64,000 bases of DNA from Escherichia coli. GTDB taxonomy: Bacteria > Pseudomonadota > Gammaproteobacteria > Enterobacterales > Enterobacteriaceae. Below, one piece after another: positions 8,895 to 16,135 of this stretch. Positions within the stretch are counted from its first letter, which is position 1. The number at the start of each line of letters is the position of its first letter. The translations under genes were made by a program, and so were the position numbers. Below the pieces are notes generated by a model. That model had not been told where the DNA came from. It did no database searches and saw only the letters and a list, made by a program, of their open reading frames with translations. The DNA lies in assembly GCA_025544715.1 (NCBI GenBank), contig GCA_025544715.1_4109.3, one strand, 5' to 3'.

Positions 8895-8919
8895 TAAAAA
8901 AGACCCCACATAGTGAGGT
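8895..8919 (-). terminator. imperfect hairpin terminator
   Basis: gacc...ggtc stem followed by T6 on minus strand. Confidence 0.3.
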
Positions 8920-8928
8920 CAAATACAT

Positions 8929-9153
8929 TTAATCGTTATCATCATCCAATGCGTCACGGTAAACATAATAAACATGTGCACCTAGCAGAGCAATAAGTAC
9001 AATAAAGACTAACCAGAATGGTACAAAATGCAGTACTAGAGAAAACGCCAGTACTGTAATAACCATTACAACTGAACTGAAAATAAGACTGACTGCTTTT
9101 TCAAATCCAGATAGTAAATTTTTAAAGATTTTTTTCATAAATGAATCAACCAT
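8929..9153 (-). CDS. small two-TM membrane protein with acidic C-terminus (holin-like topology)
   Basis: Two hydrophobic helices then RDALDDDND tail; topology only, not adjacent to the lysis genes. Confidence 0.4.
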   Translation of the reverse strand: MVDSFMKKIFKNLLSGFEKAVSLIFSSVVMVITVLAFSLVLHFVPFWLVFIVLIALLGAHVYYVYRDALDDDND

Positions 9154-9496
9154 TTTTAATCCTCAAGAAAGTATGCTTACATTTTAGTTTATTACCATAG
9201 AATGAAATAGGAACATTAAACATTTCAATCTTATCTTCTTTCAACAAACGTAGAATATCAGGATCGTTTTTTGTTTGAATACAATGAAGACCATTAACCT
9301 GAATTTCTAAACCTTTCTTTAGATATTCATAAATTTTTTGACGACGCATCCCGCCATAACTATCATTATGCACCACATCACGTAGTTCTTTATATTCTTG
9401 CTTCAATGCTCGGTCTACAAGTGTTCCATCTTTCTTCCTGATCTCTGCAATACATTTATATTGATTTGAACCTCTAAGAGCCATGCTGTACCTCAT
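9146..9496 (-). CDS. hypothetical protein (116 aa)
   Basis: ORF. Confidence 0.45.
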   Translation of the reverse strand: MRYSMALRGSNQYKCIAEIRKKDGTLVDRALKQEYKELRDVVHNDSYGGMRRQKIYEYLKKGLEIQVNGLHCIQTKNDPDILRLLKEDKIEMFNVPISFYGNKLKCKHTFLRIKNG

Positions 9497-9953
9497 TAGG
9501 GTATTTTTTCATCAATTCGTGTAAACGCTGAATCTCTTGTTCTTTTTTTCTATCACTCTCGTATTTTCGAGAAAGTTTCTTTTTTGTATTTGCTTCTTCT
9601 AATCTAATATCAGTACAGAATTTGTCATTTTTTAAAAAATTCTTACGCAATGCATTGTAAACAGCATTGAAATCGTTTCCTAATTCTTTAGAAGTGTCAG
9701 TGTAATTATGAAAATATATGTTATTTGTCATATTTACATGTTCAATTACTGCACCATTATGAGTTACGATAAACATTATATCGCCATACTGTTCATGTGG
9801 TTCTGTACGATACAGATATATATGTTTACGTAGATAATCTTTTAATTCATGTTCAATGCCACTTTGTTCATAACTTTGATATACTAAAACCTCACCATCA
9901 GTTGAACTGTTGTCAGATTCATATGGTTCGCGGATAATTATAAGATTATACAT
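9474..9953 (-). CDS. hypothetical protein (159 aa)
   Basis: ORF. Confidence 0.45.
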   Translation of the reverse strand: MYNLIIIREPYESDNSSTDGEVLVYQSYEQSGIEHELKDYLRKHIYLYRTEPHEQYGDIMFIVTHNGAVIEHVNMTNNIYFHNYTDTSKELGNDFNAVYNALRKNFLKNDKFCTDIRLEEANTKKKLSRKYESDRKKEQEIQRLHELMKKYPNEVQHGS

Positions 9954-9961
9954 ATTACTCC

Positions 9962-10243
9962 TTATACCGGAGATACGGTACTCAACATTAGTAAAGCTGT
10001 ATTTTCATCAATTTCATGATATTTGTCACACACAAGAGTTTCCAACAAATCAGGATGATAATAATAATGTTCATAATCAGTATCATTAGGAATATGATGA
10101 TATACAAATACAATATCAAACACATCATCATCATTTTCACTTTTGAAACGCTTTAATTCATCTACACTTTCAACAAAGCCATATTCTTCAAAAGCAGTTG
10201 TACCATCTGGTAGTTTCATCCATGCACTTGCAACAATTTTCAT
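9962..10243 (-). CDS. hypothetical acidic protein (93 aa)
   Basis: ORF. Confidence 0.45.
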   Translation of the reverse strand: MKIVASAWMKLPDGTTAFEEYGFVESVDELKRFKSENDDDVFDIVFVYHHIPNDTDYEHYYYHPDLLETLVCDKYHEIDENTALLMLSTVSPV

Positions 10244-10260
10244 AAATTTGTGAATCCTTA

Positions 10261-10845
10261 TTATTTTGTAATGTTTAGTTTAGAAACGAAGTATTCTTTG
10301 GCTTCTTCATATGTCATTGAAGTATACATAGGATTCCATTTATCGTCAATATCCATAAGTACTTTAACTTCCATTACATCTTCTGGTGTATAGAATTGCC
10401 ATGTATTGTGATCTGGCTCATAGTTAGGGTCCAGTACAAAAACCGTACCATCCTGACCATAAACTTCTCCATCCTCTAATAGCTCACGGAAGAAATCTTC
10501 TCCAGTAGTTGGGTCTTCGTATGCATTATAAAAACGAAAAACAACATTCTCAACATCAGTTTGGGTAGTACCATCGTCTTCATCATATTCCACCAAACGG
10601 TCCTGATGAAATACTAGGTCAATAGCACCAATGCGAGGTTTATTATGTGGAGTTTTGATTTCTTGCTGGGAATTCAAATCAATACGTTCAGTGCTGATGA
10701 ATACTCCACTAGGGGTAATTTCAATACCAGACACATTTTCTGGTGAATAGTAAGCGTCACACATGTCATCAATGTGCATGTGCTCATGATACACTTCCAT
10801 TTCAGGATTCTGCATCAACAGTGCTGCTAAGTCTTTTGCTTTCAA
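10261..10845 (-). CDS. hypothetical protein, paralog of 11215..11847
   Basis: Shares N-terminal MK..LA.LL.Q.P, TPSG.F and C-terminal DPNTW...SYDEA motifs with the other copy. Confidence 0.5.
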   Translation of the reverse strand: MKAKDLAALLMQNPEMEVYHEHMHIDDMCDAYYSPENVSGIEITPSGVFISTERIDLNSQQEIKTPHNKPRIGAIDLVFHQDRLVEYDEDDGTTQTDVENVVFRFYNAYEDPTTGEDFFRELLEDGEVYGQDGTVFVLDPNYEPDHNTWQFYTPEDVMEVKVLMDIDDKWNPMYTSMTYEEAKEYFVSKLNITK

Positions 10846-11234
10846 TCTTCAATCTCCATAGAATTATCATCATCATAATCATCACTGGTGTACTTAGTTT
10901 TTACCTCAATACCATTCTCATGTAGGTATGTGATAAAACCATTACCATAAACGAATTGATTATAATATGTATTTTCTTCTACATGTGCATCATAATCATC
11001 TTCATAATATGTGGGTATTGTAACATCATGACCGACACTTTGCAAGTACTGGAACAATTCTTTCAGTACTACTTCGATATCACCTTCTTCTGTGCCATAA
11101 CAGTAAGCAGGTTCACCATGAGTGAATTTGAAACCTTTACAGGAAACTGTATAAATATCACTCATTTGTATACCACAATCATCACATTCATGTATAGAAC
11201 AATGCTGGTGGAATTTAATCTTTTTGATTTGCAT
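10842..11234 (-). CDS. hypothetical acidic protein (130 aa)
   Basis: ORF. Confidence 0.45.
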   Translation of the reverse strand: MQIKKIKFHQHCSIHECDDCGIQMSDIYTVSCKGFKFTHGEPAYCYGTEEGDIEVVLKELFQYLQSVGHDVTIPTYYEDDYDAHVEENTYYNQFVYGNGFITYLHENGIEVKTKYTSDDYDDDNSMEIED

Positions 11235-11847
11235 TTAGAAATTCACCAATTTTGGTAGTTGATGCTTTAACATTGAATTCAGAATCAGGAAAATCTTTAG
11301 AAAATGATTCATTTTGTTCTTGTGAAAGTTCTTTTTTCGGTGGAAATAACATTTTGGCTAAATTTTTACCACATTCAATTGCTTCATCATATGACATATT
11401 TTCCCATGTTTCATGCCAAGTATTAGGATCATATTCTGTCAGTACTGAAATGAAATCAATATCATCAGATGTATAACAAACAGCATGTTGATTAGAGAAT
11501 TGTGTTGATTGATTTTTACCTAATAAAACAATTGGCTTTTCATAAGGAATGTTAAATACCAACCCATATTCTAAGCTAAGAACAGTTTGAATATGTGAAC
11601 CCTCCAATTTTGGAGTAATAGTACCATCCTTAAAAAAAATTTGGACGTGACCCAAGAGTGGTGTATGGTATGGAGTAAGTACATTTTCATAATCTAATGT
11701 GGTTTTTACTGTGGTGAAAATACCAGATGGTGTAACCATTAATCTATTATCAAAATTCTGATAATGCAAGTCACTCTCTGCATCATAATGAAAAATGTCT
11801 AGATTCGGTTGAGACAGTAGTAATTTTGCTAATTCATGCGATTTCAT
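11215..11847 (-). CDS. hypothetical protein, paralog of 10261..10845
   Basis: Start re-assigned to ATG (MKSHELAKLL) with GGAG RBS just after a terminator hairpin; track start 11877 lies inside the hairpin. Confidence 0.5.
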   Translation of the reverse strand: MKSHELAKLLLSQPNLDIFHYDAESDLHYQNFDNRLMVTPSGIFTTVKTTLDYENVLTPYHTPLLGHVQIFFKDGTITPKLEGSHIQTVLSLEYGLVFNIPYEKPIVLLGKNQSTQFSNQHAVCYTSDDIDFISVLTEYDPNTWHETWENMSYDEAIECGKNLAKMLFPPKKELSQEQNESFSKDFPDSEFNVKASTTKIGEFLNANQKD

Positions 11848-11857
11848 ATTATTTCTC

Positions 11858-11888
11858 CAAAAGAAAAGGAGAGTCATAGCGACTCTCC
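11858..11888 (-). terminator. rho-independent terminator
   Basis: ggagagtc/gactctcc 8-bp stem followed by ttttctttt on minus strand. Confidence 0.5.
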
Positions 11889-11895
11889 ATATAGT

Positions 11896-12336
11896 TTATT
11901 GTAAAACTTTAAGTTTGTAAAGTGTTCCTTCAACAAAACTCATAATATCTTCTAATGTGTTTACACTGCCGTAATCACCCGATTCTTCAAGCATATCATG
12001 AATTGCTCTGCATTGCTCAACATATTCTTCAAGAATTGGTACACAATCTTCAATTGGTGTAAAACGATAACTATTACCAGTCCCAACTTGTAAAGCACCA
12101 CGATTATTCATGATACCTTCAACAAATGCGTCTACATATTCTGGTAATTCTTTATATAGTTCATCTAATTGTAAATGCTTTGTATAAAAATGACATTGTA
12201 AGTGCCAGTTATGTGCAGCAGAACTTAAAAACAAACTATTTTCAATAAAAGTTAATAGTACTTCATCATATGAATTATCTTCTTCAGTACTTCCGATAAA
12301 GTCCATTACGTGTCGTAAATCATTAATATCTTCCAT
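11896..12336 (-). CDS. hypothetical protein (146 aa)
   Basis: ORF. Confidence 0.45.
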   Translation of the reverse strand: MEDINDLRHVMDFIGSTEEDNSYDEVLLTFIENSLFLSSAAHNWHLQCHFYTKHLQLDELYKELPEYVDAFVEGIMNNRGALQVGTGNSYRFTPIEDCVPILEEYVEQCRAIHDMLEESGDYGSVNTLEDIMSFVEGTLYKLKVLQ

Positions 12337-12368
12337 AATATCTCTCCTTAGAGTTATTCTCTTATTAT

Positions 12369-12797
12369 TTAGTTAATAATAAAGGTAATTTCAGGATTCA
12401 TTTCCGAAACTGCATTTCGTTTACTTCTATCCCATAGTATTCTGTTATTATACAAAGAAGAATCACATACTACAAGTAAGCAATGTCTTAATCTACTTAC
12501 AGTACTTTGATTATTTAAATCAGTTTCTGAAATAAAAAATACATTTTCAGGAACTATTAAAGGAATAGATTTATCAAAAAACAAAACTACAATAGGTCTT
12601 GTTGTATGAACTGATTTAACGAAATCCAAAATACTATTATAAAAATTACTTTCTTTATTAATTACTGACGGATCTTTAATTCTTTTCAAATATTGCTGTG
12701 GTAATTGATGTTCGTCTTTTATCTGGAACTCAAAATATTCTTTGAATAACATTTGTGTTAATTCAGATTTATCGGATATTTTCGTTGTGTTACTCAT
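12369..12797 (-). CDS. hypothetical protein (142 aa)
   Basis: ORF. Confidence 0.45.
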   Translation of the reverse strand: MSNTTKISDKSELTQMLFKEYFEFQIKDEHQLPQQYLKRIKDPSVINKESNFYNSILDFVKSVHTTRPIVVLFFDKSIPLIVPENVFFISETDLNNQSTVSRLRHCLLVVCDSSLYNNRILWDRSKRNAVSEMNPEITFIIN

Positions 12798-12935
12798 TCA
12801 CTTCGTTCTCTCGTAACTCAAGAAGTCACTGCGTTTACTTCGTAAACTAGTTCCTTCTGAAAATGATAATGTACTTTAAAAACTTGACGGGATTTGTTGA
12901 GGACTATTACATCCCCCCGCAGGGGAATGAAGGTA

Positions 12936-12960
12936 ATAAAAAAGAGACAATTAAGTCTCT
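12936..12960 (-). terminator. rho-independent terminator ending the non-coding locus
   Basis: agagac/gtctct stem followed by ttttttatt on minus strand. Confidence 0.45.
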
Positions 12961-13000
12961 CTTGACGATGATGGCATCGGATATTATCGAATTGCGAATT

Positions 13001-13181
13001 TCTCAAATTTTGGACGGATCTTTCTTGTACCAAAATTTAGAGAGCGAAAGCGGGTTGCTCGGTTTCTCTCTATCGCAGTCATATGCAACGGTCGCTGGTC
13101 TTTTCATCAACAGCACTCAGTACTAACTCTATTCGATCAAAGTAGTACCTGTTCTCAAATTTTGGACGCAACTTTCTTGTA
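13001..13181. repeat. direct repeat pair (about 29 bp, 152 bp apart) with associated hairpins
   Basis: tctcaaattttggacg-N4-tttcttgta at 13001..13029 and 13153..13181; first copy sits in a 12-bp bulged stem 13002..13042, second overlaps an 8-bp stem 13164..13192. Confidence 0.6.
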
Positions 13182-13457
13182 AAATTGCGTCCGCTATTCT
13201 TAAACTCCCTTAGCAAATCTGGTAAGGTGCGAACCTTATACATCTATCTAGGAACTCTCTGTATGCTTATCGGAGTTCTTTATACAGCCGTGTCGCCGTG
13301 ATTCGTGGTCTTACATCGTGTTTGTTTAAATGCCAGTACTCTAACAGGTTTCTTCTGCTGTTCGCTACAACGGTAAAGCTCATCTATCCTTTACATTTTC
13401 AAGAGAAGTAGGTTCTCAGTGTCCATTTTTCAATGTCCGTTGTCATTTTCTATATAC

Positions 13458-13466
13458 ATTATATCA
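13458..13466 (-). promoter_or_regulatory. extended -10 promoter element (TGaTATAAT)
   Basis: Minus-strand TGATATAAT downstream of the 13487 stop, reading into the non-coding locus. Confidence 0.35.
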
Positions 13467-13486
13467 TTGGAACATATAATGTCCCA

Positions 13487-13885
13487 TTACATGTATACTT
13501 TTTTTAAATCCTTAGAACAACGATCAAAAATTGTGTTTATGAATTCAACATCTTCGATAATATTCGAATCGTTAGCAACATTTTCATTTCTTGTCGTATT
13601 CCTATATGTGTGTTCAGGATGATTGTATACCACCTTGACTACATTATTTAGGTCTATAAAATTTGACGTTTTTTGCGTATAGGAAGCCTGAAGCTTGATG
13701 AGTTTACCATCATTCTCAAGATTGGTTTTATGAATTAGTTCTTCAATGCCAGTTAAATGGCTATAGCTATCTTTTTCTTTTACAAAAGTAATAGTAACAA
13801 GAACTGCTTTCTCATCTCCCATATCGGAAATGTTTTTTACAGCACTGATAATTTCTAAGTTTGAAAAATCTAATTCTTTAAGCAT
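13487..13885 (-). CDS. hypothetical protein
   Basis: Track ORF 13487..13960 overlaps upstream gene by 74 nt; internal ATG at 13885 follows the upstream stop by 1 nt; start uncertain. Confidence 0.4.
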   Translation of the reverse strand: MLKELDFSNLEIISAVKNISDMGDEKAVLVTITFVKEKDSYSHLTGIEELIHKTNLENDGKLIKLQASYTQKTSNFIDLNNVVKVVYNHPEHTYRNTTRNENVANDSNIIEDVEFINTIFDRCSKDLKKVYM

Positions 13886-13886
13886 T

Positions 13887-14243
13887 TTACAAATATTTCC
13901 ACAAAGTTCGATAAGTGATAATTTCTTCTCTGGTAACAGAAACTTCATTGCACTTAACACCGTCAGTTTCAGTACTGAATGGTTGTACTAGTCTATCTTC
14001 TGTTAAACCTCGTTCATAAGTACAATGATAAAACTTATTTGTGCTCATGTCAAGAAATACGAGATCAAATTCTTCAGTCCACCTTCTGTGTCCTTTGCTT
14101 TCATTGCAGATGATTTTATATTTTACATCTGGTTTAAAAGTTTCAGTACTGTCATCCCATGCACCATAGTCAGTATATTCATCATCTTCATCTAACTCTG
14201 CTAGATGCCACATTAATTGTGGTAAAAAGATTTTAGATTTCAT
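13887..14243 (-). CDS. hypothetical protein (118 aa)
   Basis: ORF with GGAG RBS after terminator. Confidence 0.45.
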   Translation of the reverse strand: MKSKIFLPQLMWHLAELDEDDEYTDYGAWDDSTETFKPDVKYKIICNESKGHRRWTEEFDLVFLDMSTNKFYHCTYERGLTEDRLVQPFSTETDGVKCNEVSVTREEIITYRTLWKYL

Positions 14244-14254
14244 TTATTTTCTCC

Positions 14255-14282
14255 AAAAAAAAGGACTTGAATACTCAAGTCC
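14255..14282 (-). terminator. rho-independent terminator after HNH gene
   Basis: ggacttga/tcaagtcc 8-bp stem followed by T8 on minus strand. Confidence 0.55.
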
Positions 14283-14295
14283 CTATAATATCATA

Positions 14296-14907
14296 TCAAT
14301 CATGTTTATTCAATTTCTTCTGTTCTTTTTTCAAAGCTTTCATATGACGACCAAACTCTCGAACATGCCATAGATGATCGGTTTCCCATAATTCTTGACG
14401 TAACCTACGTTCTTCTAGTAGTTTCGACTTGTCAATGTTATTTTTCTTTTTTTGTACATTAAAGAAATTATTCATATGTTCTTGAAGAAGATTACGACCT
14501 TTAACTTTCTCAAGAAACTCATCAACTGTTTCAGTTTTATTAGAACGTAGTTGATTGCATTTGGAGCACATAGTATTAAAGTTTGTTTCTAAATCAGGAC
14601 CACCCTTAGATGCCAGATGGTTGTGATCAACTGTCATCAACACTTCATAAAGACCACATACAGCATATACATTTAAATGTGGTTTACCATATACTGGATC
14701 AGAACTAAATGAACGTTCAATGCGTACTTCAGTGGCTTCAATCCCACATGCCACGCATTTTGGATTCTTAACAAAAGTAAGAACTTTTTGTGGGAAATAT
14801 CGAAAAGTAATACCATTTAAAGTATAACGTTTCATCTTAGTACTTCGTTGATTTAATTCGTCAAGAAGTGATAATTTTGTCGTATAGTAAACATGATATT
14901 TGTTCAT
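14296..14907 (-). CDS. HNH endonuclease (likely homing endonuclease)
   Basis: CVACG...DHNHLASKGG...N...CSKCNQ HNH/zinc-finger motif; start re-assigned to ATG with AAGGAA RBS (track 14952). Confidence 0.65.
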   Translation of the reverse strand: MNKYHVYYTTKLSLLDELNQRSTKMKRYTLNGITFRYFPQKVLTFVKNPKCVACGIEATEVRIERSFSSDPVYGKPHLNVYAVCGLYEVLMTVDHNHLASKGGPDLETNFNTMCSKCNQLRSNKTETVDEFLEKVKGRNLLQEHMNNFFNVQKKKNNIDKSKLLEERRLRQELWETDHLWHVREFGRHMKALKKEQKKLNKHD

Positions 14908-14908
14908 T

Positions 14909-15217
14909 TTATTCCTTGATATTGATTTTAATATCTTTACCTTGTAAATCACGAATAGTTTTAATTAATGCATCATGTTTTAAAGCACATTCGTTGTATA
15001 CTGCATCCCAACGAGTAAGTACTTTAAGAATTTCTGCACCATCATAACCTTTAAAACCATTTTTGTCAATCATAATTTTTTGTGGTAGAGGTGTATCATC
15101 ATCACATCTTTCTAACAGAATTTCTTGTTTAATTGGTGCAGGGGATTGTAGTTTTACTTGTTCTGCACATCCACTTATAATTAAAAAAGAAATAAACGGA
15201 ACTAATAATTTTTTCAT
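14909..15217 (-). CDS. o-spanin (outer-membrane lipoprotein, Rz1-like)
   Basis: Signal peptide with lipobox ISGC, about 100 aa, start overlaps i-spanin stop (ATGA). Confidence 0.6.
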   Translation of the reverse strand: MKKLLVPFISFLIISGCAEQVKLQSPAPIKQEILLERCDDDTPLPQKIMIDKNGFKGYDGAEILKVLTRWDAVYNECALKHDALIKTIRDLQGKDIKINIKE

Positions 15218-15588
15218 TTGAATTTATTCCTCGCAGCTTGAGAATTTTGTTTTAGTTCATTCAGTACTTTTACACCATCTTCATCTAAACATACATTCTT
15301 ATAAACTTCACGTTCTACAATAAAAGGAACTTTTGTTTCAATAACTTTAGCATTATCTTCCATGATTTTTTTAGTTTCAAGGTAATTTTTTGCATTTTCT
15401 TGTTGCATTTTATCCAAGGCGGTATCAACTTTTTTAGCTATTTGTTGCTCTATGCTTTGTTGATAGCCACTGTAATAAGTATTAGCTTCCCAACCAGCAT
15501 AAGCTGAACCGCCAATCAATAATACAAAAGAAATTGGTTTCCAAAATGGAATAAGAATTTTCGAAACAATTATTTCTAACATACTCAT
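15214..15588 (-). CDS. i-spanin (Rz-like)
   Basis: N-terminal TM then charged coiled-coil-like region; directly upstream of and overlapping the lipoprotein gene. Confidence 0.6.
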   Translation of the reverse strand: MSMLEIIVSKILIPFWKPISFVLLIGGSAYAGWEANTYYSGYQQSIEQQIAKKVDTALDKMQQENAKNYLETKKIMEDNAKVIETKVPFIVEREVYKNVCLDEDGVKVLNELKQNSQAARNKFK

Positions 15589-15641
15589 AATAATATCTCC
15601 TATAGTTGATGATATTATTTAGAGTATATAATTGTATAGAT

Positions 15642-16061
15642 TTACAACATTTTTTGAATATGTTCTGCTAGTTCATACAGCTTAGTTTCATTATTCTCGA
15701 ACTTTTCATCAACTTGAACATTGAATTTTTCTTCTAGTTCCATGACCATTTCAATCCAATCAAGCCAATCAAAATTGAATTTTTCTTCAACTTCCAATTT
15801 AGTAAGATTGAAGTTCGCTAATACATCATTCTCTGATGTATCAGAGTAACGAGTAGTGATGAATTTGACAATTTCTTTTTCAACATCGTTTAATTCACTA
15901 GTTTGATATTCTGGCTGAAGATACCACCATTCTCCCTTATTAATAGATTCCAATTCTTGTTTGATTTCATGCATTACTTTATAACGGTCAGTACTTTTAT
16001 GAATAGAATTAACTTCTTGATTCAATACATGTAGTGCATTTTTAATACGTTCATTTAACAT
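15642..16061 (-). CDS. hypothetical acidic protein with ACP-like helix (139 aa)
   Basis: FDWLDWIEMVMELEEKF resembles the acyl-carrier-protein DSLD helix but Trp replaces the Ser. Confidence 0.4.
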   Translation of the reverse strand: MLNERIKNALHVLNQEVNSIHKSTDRYKVMHEIKQELESINKGEWWYLQPEYQTSELNDVEKEIVKFITTRYSDTSENDVLANFNLTKLEVEEKFNFDWLDWIEMVMELEEKFNVQVDEKFENNETKLYELAEHIQKML

Positions 16062-16074
16062 TTTATCACCTTAT

Positions 16075-16104
16075 AAAAAAAGAGAACTCCATATGAAGTT
16101 CTCT
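16075..16104 (-). terminator. rho-independent terminator after 929-aa gene
   Basis: agagaact/agttctct 8-bp stem followed by T-run on minus strand. Confidence 0.5.
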
Positions 16105-16105
16105 A

Positions 16106-16134
16106 ATTATACATAATTACTTTTTCTATGTCAA
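16106..16134 (-). promoter_or_regulatory. consensus sigma70-type promoter (TTGACA-N17-TATAAT)
   Basis: Minus strand reads TTGACA (16134..16129), 17-nt spacer, TATAAT (16111..16106); upstream of 15642..16061 and the spanins. Confidence 0.5.
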
Positions 16135-16135
16135 G

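Larger units (their letters stand above)
12936..13451 (-). ncRNA. candidate structured non-coding RNA or decayed gene (about 0.5 kb)
   Basis: GC-elevated (about 45-48% locally), no ORF over 40 aa on minus strand, extended -10 promoter at upper end, terminator at lower end, several long hairpins. Confidence 0.25.

Noticed and set aside
8929-9153. Assigning this two-TM protein as the holin
   Set aside because: Only topology supports it; it is 6 kb from the spanins and 2 kb from the lysozyme, so it is annotated only as a holin-like membrane protein.
12798-13486. Possible tRNA gene cluster in the GC-elevated non-coding region
   Set aside because: No convincing cloverleaf: the only GGTTCG-type T-loop candidate (rc of 13221..13240) gives a 6-nt loop and no matching acceptor or D arms. 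Left as a candidate structured RNA.
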